NCBI GenBank assembly: GCA_902558435.1 | Contig: CACEDU010000002.1 | Span: 78,680-142,679, forward strand | Origin: an uncultured Pelagibacteraceae bacterium | GTDB taxonomy: Bacteria; Pseudomonadota; Alphaproteobacteria; Pelagibacterales; Pelagibacteraceae | Length of the DNA: 64,000 nt | Reading direction: 5' to 3' | Part shown: one piece after another, positions 48,311 through 56,853 of the stretch | Position numbering within the stretch: the first letter of the stretch is position 1 | How the letters are laid out: the number at the start of each line of letters is the position of its first letter | The notes under the pieces: generated by a model | Told to the model about the DNA's origin: nothing | The model's input: only the letters and a program-made list of their open reading frames with translations | Databases searched by the model: none | Position numbers and translations under genes: made by a program

Positions 48311-49731
48311 TTTTTTTTCTTAATAGATTGGAAAGCACTCAAAGCATCATTCCTAGCTTTTTCATGGATAACAATTGGCATTGGATAATCGGAACCAATA
48401 ATAGTATTTATTGCTTCTTGATATTTTTTTTCCATTTCCCAAGGTTTATGAATAAATTTTGTAGGCACTTTATTTAATTCAGGAACCCATTTTTTTACAT
48501 ACTCTCCTTGTTTATCGAATTTTTCCCCCTGTAAAATAGGGTTAAAAATTCTAAAATATGGAGCTGCGTCAGCACCACATCCTGCTACCCATTGCCATTG
48601 AGCAATATTATTTGCTTCATTAAAATCAAGTAGACAATTTCTGAAATATTTTTCTCCTTCTTTCCAATTAATTCTTAAATGTTTAACTAAAAAGGAGCCA
48701 ACAACCATTCTAATTCGATTATGCATCCAACCAGTTTCATATAATTCTCTCATTCCAGCATCAACAATTGGATAGCCAGTCATTCCTTTTTTCCATGCAT
48801 TTAAAAATTTAGCATTATTAACCCACGGGAAATTATCAAATTCTTTTCTTAAATTTCCCTTCAGCATTTCTGGAAAGTAATTAATAAGACTATGTGAAAA
48901 CTCTCTCCAACCAATTTCATTAGTATATTTTTTTACACTTATATTTTTAGAATTTAATTTTTTACATTTTTCCCAGATATCACCAACATTAATCTGTCCA
49001 TTTCTAATATATGGGGAAAGTTTTGATGTTCCATCAATAGATGGAAAGTCACGATCTACACCATAATTTAATATGTTTTTATTTATAAAGTTATTTAGAT
49101 ACTCATGAGCTTTTTTTTCTGAAGGTATCCAGTATTTCTCAAACTTCATATACCATTTTGACTTAGGTAAAATCTCTTCGGATTTTATTTGTTTTTTAAA
49201 TAGTACTTCTATCTTTTTACATTTTTTGACTTTGTTTAATTTATCTGGAATTCTCTCTAAATAATATTTCTCTGCATTTCTCCAAAAAGGACTATAAACT
49301 TTAAAAGGTGTTCCGTCATTTTTCGTAATTTTATTATATTCATTTAGCACATTCCCTTTAAAAAATTTAAAATCAATTTTTTTATTATTTAAATCTTTTC
49401 CAATTTTTTTATCTTTATCCAGTTCAGCAGGTTCATAAACTTTATTCCAATAAATAGAAATTTTATTATTAGATTTTAACTTAGAAAAAAAATTAATTTC
49501 ATCATCTTTAATTATTTCTAATCCAATATTGAATTTTTTTAAATCAGATCTAAAATTTTCCAAAGATTTACATAGCCACCATTTTTGTGCCTCTCTTTTA
49601 TTATCAAAAATATTATTATTAAAAATGAAAACTGCAGTTACAAGGTCATGATTATTTGTAGCATAAGTTAATGCATCATTATTGTTAATGCGAAAATCAT
49701 CTCTTATCCAAACAAGAGCTTTATCAGACAT
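48307..49731 (-). CDS. phrB: Deoxyribodipyrimidine photolyase (class I CPD type)
   Basis: N-terminal LVWIRDDFRINNNDAL. C-terminal FAD-binding motifs GWMHNRIRMVVGSFLVKHL, WQWVAGCGADAAPYFRIFNP; 474 aa. Confidence 0.85.
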   Translation of the reverse strand: MSDKALVWIRDDFRINNNDALTYATNNHDLVTAVFIFNNNIFDNKREAQKWWLCKSLENFRSDLKKFNIGLEIIKDDEINFFSKLKSNNKISIYWNKVYEPAELDKDKKIGKDLNNKKIDFKFFKGNVLNEYNKITKNDGTPFKVYSPFWRNAEKYYLERIPDKLNKVKKCKKIEVLFKKQIKSEEILPKSKWYMKFEKYWIPSEKKAHEYLNNFINKNILNYGVDRDFPSIDGTSKLSPYIRNGQINVGDIWEKCKKLNSKNISVKKYTNEIGWREFSHSLINYFPEMLKGNLRKEFDNFPWVNNAKFLNAWKKGMTGYPIVDAGMRELYETGWMHNRIRMVVGSFLVKHLRINWKEGEKYFRNCLLDFNEANNIAQWQWVAGCGADAAPYFRIFNPILQGEKFDKQGEYVKKWVPELNKVPTKFIHKPWEMEKKYQEAINTIIGSDYPMPIVIHEKARNDALSAFQSIKKKN

Positions 49732-50869
49732 TTGACAACTTTTCTAATCCTCTGGACAGAAGTTCGTTATATAATTTTATGTCTGTATCACCTTCACATC
49801 CAATCAATAAAACATTTGCATTCATGTCTAATTCAAGATCTTTCTTAATTTGTTCGTTATTGCAACTTACGTTTAGACTTATTACAGCAGGCGCTGAACA
49901 TTCGCCTGCAATAATTCTGTCATCTCCAAAGTATCCTTTAGCCAACATTGCAACTGATAACGGAATGTCATCATCAGGAATACTTAAACAATTATTTACT
50001 GAATTCTTAAGAATTTGCCATGGGACCAATGATACATCTCCACAAGACATTCCACCCATGATACTTTCTTTTTCAATTTCGACTTTGGTGAGTTCACCAG
50101 CATCGACGCTTTTTAAAACACAATCTGCATTTTCTGGCTCAATAACAATAATTTTTGGAATTCTTTTAAAATATCTAGCAACACCTGCTATTACCCCAGA
50201 TGCCATACCTCCAACACCTGCCTGTAAAAAAATGTGTGTAATATATTGATCAGTTTGCTTTGATATTTCTTCAATCATCACAGAATATCCAGCCATTGTT
50301 AGTTTTGGAACCGTAAGATAATTTTCCCAAGCCACATCTTGTACTATTTCCCAGCCATTTTTTTTAGATTGTTTAATGCATTCATTTAGAGAGTTTTCAT
50401 AGTTTCCTTTAACTTGAACGACATCAGCGCCAAGTTTTCTCATCTCATCAGCACGTGTATCGCTAACAAATTCACTAATGAAGATTTTACAAGAAATTCC
50501 TAATCTATTTGCTCCCCATGCAACAGATTTGCCATGATTTCCTGCGGTTGCAGTTGCTACGACTACATTTTTCTTACCAGTAGAGACTTGCTCTACAGCA
50601 TAAGCGCCACCAAGAGCTTTAAAAGATTTGAGACCAAACCTTTTTGACTCATCCTTGTAAAAAATATTTTTAAGTCCAAGATTTTTTGAGAGCTTATCTA
50701 AATTAAGGAGAGGGGTGGGTTTATAAGTTTCCCAATTAGAAATTGTATTGTATGCTTTATCTATTGCACTTTTATCTAATACATTTAATATTTTCTCTCT
50801 ACTAAATGAATAATTATTATTTTTGATAAAAGATGAAAATTTTTTAATATGACTATAGTCAATAGGCAT
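49724..50869 (-). CDS. PLP-dependent diaminopropionate ammonia-lyase-like enzyme (Trp-synthase beta fold)
   Basis: ESKRFGLKSFKALGGAYAV (PLP lysine region, as in YgeX-type DAP ammonia-lyases), TATAGNHG; 381 aa. Confidence 0.65.
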   Translation of the reverse strand: MPIDYSHIKKFSSFIKNNNYSFSREKILNVLDKSAIDKAYNTISNWETYKPTPLLNLDKLSKNLGLKNIFYKDESKRFGLKSFKALGGAYAVEQVSTGKKNVVVATATAGNHGKSVAWGANRLGISCKIFISEFVSDTRADEMRKLGADVVQVKGNYENSLNECIKQSKKNGWEIVQDVAWENYLTVPKLTMAGYSVMIEEISKQTDQYITHIFLQAGVGGMASGVIAGVARYFKRIPKIIVIEPENADCVLKSVDAGELTKVEIEKESIMGGMSCGDVSLVPWQILKNSVNNCLSIPDDDIPLSVAMLAKGYFGDDRIIAGECSAPAVISLNVSCNNEQIKKDLELDMNANVLLIGCEGDTDIKLYNELLSRGLEKLSNV

Positions 50870-50872
50870 ATT

Positions 50873-52198
50873 TTAACAATCTAAGGTATTCGATCTTTCC
50901 CACATTGTAATAGGCTTGAGTTTATTAAAATTTTCTTTTGATTTGAAACTTTCAATTTCAGACTTTTTAAGTTTCATATAACTGTTTAAAACATCTTTGC
51001 CAAAAGCATTTTTTAATACTGAATTTGAATTTAACATATCAAGCGAGTCTTCTAGAGTATTTGGTAATTTTTTTAGATTTGGATATTTTTCATGATCTGT
51101 ATACATATTACAAAACAATGGTTTGCCTGGATTTATTTTTTTTCTGATACCGTTTATACCTGCTGCTAGAATTCCAGCTTGTACCAAATATGGATTAGCT
51201 GATCCATCCATAAGTCTCAATTCAAACCTTCCAGGGTCAGGAACTCTTATCATGTGTGTTCGGTTATTTCCCGTGTAAGAGATGCTACTTGGAGACCAAG
51301 TTGCTCCTGATTTAGTAGGAGGTGCGTTTATCCTTCTATAACTATTTAGCGTAGGATTAAAAAATGCAGATAAAGATCCTGCGTTTTTAATTATACCACC
51401 TAAAAAATTGTAAGCTAGACTGCTAAGTCCGAGTTTATCATTTTTATCCAAAAATTTATTTTTTCTTTTATCCCAAAGAGAAACATGAGTATGACACCCG
51501 TTACCAGTTAGATTTTCAAAAGGCTTGGGCATAAACGTAGCTCTAAGTCCATGTTTTTCAGCAATCGTTTTAACCATAAATTTAAAAAAAGTATGTCTAT
51601 CTGCTGTAGTTAGGCAGTCTGAGTAATCCCAATTCATTTCAAACTGACCATTAGCATCTTCATGGTCATTTTGATAAGGATTCCATCCCATTTCGATCAT
51701 ACAATCGCATATCTCTTTAATTAATTCGTATCTTCTCATTAGTGAAGATTGATCGTAGCATGGTTTAGATTGAGTATCTTTTGAGTCTGCAATTGTGTTG
51801 CCGTCAGCGGAGATTAAAAAATACTCACATTCCACACCAGATTTCATAATGAATCCTTCATTTTGCAGCAGTTTTATTTGTTTTTTTAACATTATTCTTG
51901 GAGATGCATCCACTGGTTTGCCATTCATCCACAAATCAGACGCTAACCATCCTACCTCTTTATTCCAAGGTAGTTGAATTAAACTATTTGGATCTGGAAT
52001 TGCAAACATATCTGAGTCTGCCGGAGACATGTCTAGCCAAGCAGCAAACCCTGCAAATCCAGCACCATTAGTTTGCATCTCTTTTATAGCTCTAGTTGGT
52101 ACTAATTTTGATCTTAAAACTCCGAACAAATCTACAAAACTTATTAGGAAATATTTTATTTTTTTTGTTTTTGCAATTTTATATAAGTTTTTTGCCAC
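50873..52198 (-). CDS. Glutamine synthetase-like gamma-glutamyl ligase (GlnT/PuuA/GmaS-like)
   Basis: 441 aa. Beta-grasp N-domain plus catalytic-domain motifs (GNGCHTHVSLWD, NSYRRI, NRTHMIRVP). Substrate not assignable from sequence. Confidence 0.7.
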   Translation of the reverse strand: MAKNLYKIAKTKKIKYFLISFVDLFGVLRSKLVPTRAIKEMQTNGAGFAGFAAWLDMSPADSDMFAIPDPNSLIQLPWNKEVGWLASDLWMNGKPVDASPRIMLKKQIKLLQNEGFIMKSGVECEYFLISADGNTIADSKDTQSKPCYDQSSLMRRYELIKEICDCMIEMGWNPYQNDHEDANGQFEMNWDYSDCLTTADRHTFFKFMVKTIAEKHGLRATFMPKPFENLTGNGCHTHVSLWDKRKNKFLDKNDKLGLSSLAYNFLGGIIKNAGSLSAFFNPTLNSYRRINAPPTKSGATWSPSSISYTGNNRTHMIRVPDPGRFELRLMDGSANPYLVQAGILAAGINGIRKKINPGKPLFCNMYTDHEKYPNLKKLPNTLEDSLDMLNSNSVLKNAFGKDVLNSYMKLKKSEIESFKSKENFNKLKPITMWERSNTLDC

Positions 52199-52383
52199 AT
52201 TAAATTCTTATCATATTTTTTATAAAAATGATAAAAAGAAATCTTTGTAGTAAACAATATTACCAAAAATAATTATCAAGATAGCTATGACCAATCCATA
52301 CTTTGCCTTTGGCCAAGCTAATCTTGCCATTTTACTCGGTGTTTTATTTATGTGATTTTTATTTTGCTCTTCCATGATTATTC

Positions 52384-52411
52384 GAGGGCGCATTTATTAA
52401 AATGCGCCCTC
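52384..52411 (-). terminator. Strong GC-rich hairpin after the amtB/small-ORF unit (terminator-like, no clear U-tract)
   Basis: 12-bp perfect stem GAGGGCGCATTT (52384..52395) / AAATGCGCCCTC (52400..52411), loop ATTA. Lies 13 nt downstream of the 52424 stop on the minus strand. Confidence 0.5.
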
Positions 52412-52423
52412 AAGATTATATTT

Positions 52424-52651
52424 TTATCCGTCAGTCATATTGTTTTTCCATGCATTGGAACTCGGCTTCCTTCTTGCAAGCTCAGAAAGTTTATCACTTT
52501 CTTGTTTAGCGCTCACAACTGTCCAACCAATCCAAATAACAGCAAGTATAAGAACTAATATACCTTCTGATCCAACTCCTGGATAAACTGCGCCTGCAAC
52601 TTCTTCAGCAGGTTTATTTAGATGATCTATCCAATTTGATACTGTAGCCAT
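52424..52651 (-). CDS. Small single-pass membrane protein of unknown function, coupled to amtB
   Basis: 75 aa, one TM (GILVLILAVIWIGWTVVSA), charged C-tail. AGGAGGG Shine-Dalgarno 4 nt upstream of the ATG, immediately after the amtB TAA stop. Confidence 0.65.
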   Translation of the reverse strand: MATVSNWIDHLNKPAEEVAGAVYPGVGSEGILVLILAVIWIGWTVVSAKQESDKLSELARRKPSSNAWKNNMTDG

Positions 52652-52662
52652 ATTACCCTCCT

Positions 52663-54063
52663 TTAACTACTCGAAGAAGCAACAGCTTTTTCATCTTCTT
52701 TTGCCTCCTCCATTATTTGGTAGTCTAAACCGGCCAACTCAACCTCCCTAGGGATTCTAAGTTTGCCCATTCCATTTAACACTTTAGCAATTATGTAACC
52801 TGGTATCATACCCAGAACAAAGAACATGATTATTGCACCAATAAACATTCCTAAAGGATTTATCGCAGCATAGTTGCTTCCATCCCACATTGCACCTACG
52901 CTATATCCTGAAGAAGGGTATCCATTTAGTACAAACCCACATATTACAAGTCCAGCAAATCCAGCATAACCATGTACAGCTACTGCGCCAACTGCATCAT
53001 CAATTTTGAACCTTCGTTCAACCCAGTAATGCAATTTGTAAGCAATAACTACTCCTATCATTCCAATAATTAATGATTGAATTGGATGATATAAGTCGTT
53101 TCCTGCAGAAGCACATATTATTCCAGCAAGTCCACTTGAGTAAGTCCAGAAAGGATCACCTTTAGATATTACGTATCCTGCTAGCAATCCTCCAGAAAGT
53201 GACATTAAGAAATTCATTGTAATACCACTAAGTGTTGTAGGAGTTACATATATGTTTGTTGCCGTAAAGTAAGTTACACCTTCCATGCCATACTCTGGTC
53301 CTAAGTCATAAATTGGAATATTACATGCTGCGTAAAAACCCCAGAAACCTGTATAAATTAAGAATAATCCAACAGTTACCAACCAAGGATTTCTTGGTCC
53401 GATATTTCTAGGTTCTCCGCTTGATGAAAATTTTCCAATTCTTGGACCCAATACTGCTAAAACACCTAATGCAAATCCACCTGCTACGGCGTGAATTACT
53501 CCAGATGCATAAGCATCATGATATCCAAGTAACTTTAACATCCATCCGTCAAAGTGCCATCCCCATGCAGCATCTATACTCCAAAATACAGATCCAATTG
53601 CAATCGCTAGAATTCCAAATGCAAAAGTTGTAATTCTTTCAATTACAGCACCTGATACTATTGAAGCAGCTGTCCAAGAGAATAATAAAAATGCAGCCCA
53701 AAATACTCCGCTTATATGATCACCTAAATTAATAGCCATAAGTTCACTATTTGGTAAATACCATTTAGCACTAAAAGCTGAGTCATCCGTAATCAGAGCT
53801 GTACTCTCAGTCATTATTGATGGTGCAAGACCTGGTCCAGTTGGAAATGCCCAATAAATCCACCAACCAAATAAAAACCAAGTAACTGTTACCAACGGTA
53901 TCAGCATTGTGTTTTTCATTAAAGTATGTTGATGATGTTTGTATCGGGAAGCTCCAACTTCATACATACAGAATCCTACGTGGATCAGAAACATAAGTAC
54001 TACTGTTATCCAATAGTAAAATTCTGTGAATATGGTTGTCAATGCACCTAGTTCGTCAGTCAT
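52663..54063 (-). CDS. amtB: Ammonium (methylammonium) transporter, Amt family
   Basis: 466 aa, 11-12 TM segments. Signature DDAVGAVAVHGYAGFAGL and twin-His region AVAGGFALG. Confidence 0.9.
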   Translation of the reverse strand: MTDELGALTTIFTEFYYWITVVLMFLIHVGFCMYEVGASRYKHHQHTLMKNTMLIPLVTVTWFLFGWWIYWAFPTGPGLAPSIMTESTALITDDSAFSAKWYLPNSELMAINLGDHISGVFWAAFLLFSWTAASIVSGAVIERITTFAFGILAIAIGSVFWSIDAAWGWHFDGWMLKLLGYHDAYASGVIHAVAGGFALGVLAVLGPRIGKFSSSGEPRNIGPRNPWLVTVGLFLIYTGFWGFYAACNIPIYDLGPEYGMEGVTYFTATNIYVTPTTLSGITMNFLMSLSGGLLAGYVISKGDPFWTYSSGLAGIICASAGNDLYHPIQSLIIGMIGVVIAYKLHYWVERRFKIDDAVGAVAVHGYAGFAGLVICGFVLNGYPSSGYSVGAMWDGSNYAAINPLGMFIGAIIMFFVLGMIPGYIIAKVLNGMGKLRIPREVELAGLDYQIMEEAKEDEKAVASSSS

Positions 54064-54197
54064 TTAACCTCCAATTGTTTAAACAAATTAAGTAAATATT
54101 AATAAATGGCACAACATGATCAATCTTAAATTATATATGATAAATGTTGTTTATTTTGTAGAGAACAACCTCTGGTATATATAAATTTTCAGTGATT

Positions 54198-54602
54198 CTA
54201 GAATTTTCTGTAAGCTTTTTTAAGATCTACTAGTGGATGATTTGGAGACATTTGGAATTTTACTAACAATTCTCTAGCAATCATATCCCTATCTTGTTGA
54301 TTATTTGGAAGTTTAATCTTCTTTGGAATTGTAACCCACCCATTAGCATTTCTGTCAAAAACTGCAGGTCTATCTTCTTCATATCCCATGTGAACATCTT
54401 CTAACCAATTTAAATCATCCCATCCCATTGCTTCTATGTATTTTTTTAAGAATGGTGTAATTCTTGAATAGTCTGGAAGCAGGTTAACATCATAACGATA
54501 GCCAATAGTTTGACCTATCATTTTTTCTCTAGCAGTCTCTTTTTTCTTACCTAATTGACCTTTAGTTTCTTTTTTTGCTTTTTTGTTTTTCTTTTTAGGC
54601 AT
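54198..54602 (-). CDS. Hypothetical protein (134 aa) with poly-lysine N-terminus
   Basis: MPKKKNKKAKKETKGQLGKKKE head, then a Trp-rich globular part (GWDDLNWLEDVHMGYEEDRPAVFDRNANGWVTIPKK). The start is 2 nt after the mgsC stop. I recognise no family. Confidence 0.6.
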   Translation of the reverse strand: MPKKKNKKAKKETKGQLGKKKETAREKMIGQTIGYRYDVNLLPDYSRITPFLKKYIEAMGWDDLNWLEDVHMGYEEDRPAVFDRNANGWVTIPKKIKLPNNQQDRDMIARELLVKFQMSPNHPLVDLKKAYRKF

Positions 54603-54604
54603 AA

Positions 54605-55999
54605 TTAAATTTTATGAAAATCATCAACTCCTACAGTATGATTTGTTCCCGAAAGGGGCACTTTTGCTAAAGCAGAAGCTTCCATTGTTAAAGCGGCTAA
54701 ATCTTCAGGTTCTAGTGAGTGAATATTAGTTTTACCACACGCTCTAGCTAATAATTGAGCTTCTAAAGTCATTGTATGTAGGTAATTATACACTCTTAGA
54801 GCAGCATCATCAGGATTTAATCTTTTTCTAAGTTTAGGGTCTTGCGTAGCAACACCAACTGGACAACGACCTGTGTGACAGTGATAACAATGACCTGCAG
54901 GAACTCCCATCTCTTTCTCAAAATTAGACTCAGGAATTTCTTTATTACAATTCAAAGCTATCATTGCTCCAGTTCCAATTGCGATCGCATCAGCACCTAA
55001 AGCTAAGGCTTTAGCCATGTCAGCACCATCTCTTACACCACCTGCATATATCAATGTTACTTTTCCAGTTTTGCCAACATCATCAATTGCTCTTCTTGCT
55101 TCTCTAATAGCAGCTATCCCTGGAATTCCTGTATTAGCTGCAGCTATGTGAGGGCCTGCACCAGTTGATCCTTCCATACCATCTAAATAAATTGAGTCAG
55201 GATCACACTTTGCTGCCATACGCACATCATCATAAACTTTTGCAGCACCAAGCTTTAATTGAATTGGAACTTTATTTTTTGTTAGTTCTCTTAGTTCTTG
55301 AACTTTTAATGCTAAATCATCAGGACCTAACCAATCAGGGTGTCTAGCTGGAGATCTTTGATCAATACCAGCAGGCAATGATCTCATTTCTGCTACTTGG
55401 TCAGTAACTTTTTGACCCATTAAGTGACCACCCATTCCAACTTTTTGACCTTGTCCAATAAATACTTCTATCCCATCTGCAAGTTGTGCATGATGTGGAT
55501 TAAAACCATATCTTGATTGAATACATTGGTAATACCATTTTTCAGAATATCTTCTTTCATCTGGAATCATTCCACCTTCACCAGAACATGTTGCACTTCC
55601 TGCCATTGTAGCACCTCTAGCTAACGCAGTCTTAGCTTCATAAGATAAAGCTCCAAAACTCATACCCGTAATGTAAACTGGAATATCAAGTTCAACTGGG
55701 TTTTCACATCTTGGTCCTATAACAGTTTTAGTTTCACACTTTTCTCTGTAACCTTCGATTACAAATCTTGTCAATGTTCCTGGTAAAAATACTAAATCGT
55801 CGAACGTAGGAATTTTTTTCATCAATGCCATACCACGCATTCTGTATCTACCTAATTGCGCTTTTATATGTATGTCGTCGATTACTTCTGGAGTAAATAT
55901 TGAATTATAACCTAATAAACTTTTATTTCTTTTTGAAAATTCACTTTGACCATTGCCATTAGAATGACCATTCGTTTTTCCATTTTTCTTTTTTGCCAT
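54605..55999 (-). CDS. mgsC: N-methylglutamate synthase subunit C-like (FMN-binding glutamate synthase domain protein, GlxD-like)
   Basis: Glutamate-synthase central FMN-domain motifs (MSFGALSYEAK, LDGMEGSTGAGP, GGVRDGADMAKALALGADA). Follows the GXGXG and class II amidotransferase genes. Confidence 0.75.
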   Translation of the reverse strand: MAKKKNGKTNGHSNGNGQSEFSKRNKSLLGYNSIFTPEVIDDIHIKAQLGRYRMRGMALMKKIPTFDDLVFLPGTLTRFVIEGYREKCETKTVIGPRCENPVELDIPVYITGMSFGALSYEAKTALARGATMAGSATCSGEGGMIPDERRYSEKWYYQCIQSRYGFNPHHAQLADGIEVFIGQGQKVGMGGHLMGQKVTDQVAEMRSLPAGIDQRSPARHPDWLGPDDLALKVQELRELTKNKVPIQLKLGAAKVYDDVRMAAKCDPDSIYLDGMEGSTGAGPHIAAANTGIPGIAAIREARRAIDDVGKTGKVTLIYAGGVRDGADMAKALALGADAIAIGTGAMIALNCNKEIPESNFEKEMGVPAGHCYHCHTGRCPVGVATQDPKLRKRLNPDDAALRVYNYLHTMTLEAQLLARACGKTNIHSLEPEDLAALTMEASALAKVPLSGTNHTVGVDDFHKI

Positions 56000-56853
56000 T
56001 ATATAGCTCCTTTTTTCTCAGTTGGTTCTAAAGCGTCATAATTCCAAAGTTTTTTACCCGCAACTACTTTAGTCATTTTAGAAACATCAAAATTTTCGCC
56101 AATTTCAGCTACTTTAAGTTTTCTTTTTAACCAATCTATATCACTTTTTGTCATAGGTGACTCAATCGCATCACTTCCATATGATCCAATTTTTCCCCCA
56201 ACATAGATTGTTCCATCATACATAGAGTCTCCAAGGTTTATACCTACATTACCTAAAACTACTATTCTTCCTCTTTGCATCATAAATCCAGTAAAAGCCC
56301 CAGCATCACCACCAATTATTATTGTACCACCTTTTTGGTCAATACCTGTTCTTGCACCAACACTTCCTTTGCAAATTAAATCTCCACCTCTTACTGCTGC
56401 ACCAAAACACGATCCTGCATTTTTTTCTATTACAACTTTGCCAGCCATCATATTTTCTGCACATGACCATCCAACTCTTCCGTTAACTCTTACGGTAGGG
56501 CCATCTATAGAACCAACTCCAAAATAACCTAAACTTCCTTCAAATATTAAGTTTAATTTATTTAAAATTCCAACGCCCAAACTATGTTTTCCTTGTGGGT
56601 TTTTTATTACAATTGTTCCATAGCCCTGACTCATTAATTCATCAATTTTTTTATTCGCCTCTTTGCAATCCATATCATTTACATCAAGCTCAGTTCTTTT
56701 ATTAAAATCTACATCATATGTTCCCCAATAATAAAAGTTTTCTGCTTCATCTGGATTAAAAAACTTTTGTTGTGTTTTTCCTGTAAGAACTTCAGTGTGA
56801 AGCCCCATAGATTGGGCTTTTGTTTTTTTTTCAGTTGTTTTTAAATTTGCCAT
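55999..56853 (-). CDS. mgsB: N-methylglutamate synthase subunit B-like (glutamate synthase GXGXG C-terminal-domain protein, GlxC-like)
   Basis: Repeated beta-helix GXGXG-type segments (GSLGYFGVGS, GSCFGAAVRGG, GARTGIDQKGG, GAFTGFMMQRG). Overlaps mgsA by 13 nt; an alternative start lies at 56808. Confidence 0.75.
   Translation of the reverse strand: MANLKTTEKKTKAQSMGLHTEVLTGKTQQKFFNPDEAENFYYWGTYDVDFNKRTELDVNDMDCKEANKKIDELMSQGYGTIVIKNPQGKHSLGVGILNKLNLIFEGSLGYFGVGSIDGPTVRVNGRVGWSCAENMMAGKVVIEKNAGSCFGAAVRGGDLICKGSVGARTGIDQKGGTIIIGGDAGAFTGFMMQRGRIVVLGNVGINLGDSMYDGTIYVGGKIGSYGSDAIESPMTKSDIDWLKRKLKVAEIGENFDVSKMTKVVAGKKLWNYDALEPTEKKGAI

Noticed and set aside
49779-50249. 156-aa plus-strand ORF, the longest unexplained frame in the track.
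   Set aside because: It is entirely antisense to the PLP-lyase-like gene, which carries a convincing PLP-lysine motif. The translation is Ser/Pro/Ile-rich with no motif. It is best explained as a shadow ORF.
52199-52423. Possible riboswitch or sRNA in the largest spacer of the window.
   Set aside because: Apart from the single GC-rich hairpin, the region is very AT-rich. I see no second conserved-looking helix and no motif I can match to known Pelagibacter riboswitches (glycine, SAM-type, TPP). It is kept only as a low-interest small-ORF note.
52352-52558. 68-aa plus-strand ORF spanning the hairpin and the small membrane ORF.
   Set aside because: It overlaps the SD-preceded minus-strand ORF 52424..52651 and runs through the 12-bp-stem hairpin. 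It has no RBS and an implausible composition.
54107-54122. TGGCAC on the plus strand upstream of amtB, reminiscent of the sigma-54 -24 element.
   Set aside because: It is on the wrong strand for amtB. The -12 position reads GATCA rather than TTGC at the required spacing. SAR11-type genomes are not expected to use sigma-54. On the minus strand the same stretch is better read as a sigma-70-like TTGATC-17 nt-AATATT, which is itself too weak to report as a feature.
54560-54602. Lysine-rich N-termini (AAA/AAG runs) at several genes (54602, 55999, 37275, 35732, 15294), considered as a special signal.
   Set aside because: The simplest explanation is A-rich, unstructured translation-initiation regions, common in AT-rich genomes with weak SD usage. 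There is no evidence for slippery frameshift sites or a shared targeting peptide.
640-55347. All the short (60-116 aa) track ORFs lying antisense to or inside larger genes. Examples: 640..867, 936..1130, 2146..2373, 2732..2965, 3653..4003, 4048..4293, 5839..6177, 7271..7564, 10530..10721, 14527..14760, 19360..19617, 24968..25300, 26245..26550, 35024..35275, 42354..42632, 53421..53633, 55165..55347.
   Set aside because: Each is fully contained in a longer ORF with clear family motifs. Their translations are low-complexity (Leu/Ile/Ser/Phe/Pro-rich), typical of shadow frames in AT-rich DNA. None has a recognisable motif or ribosome-binding site.
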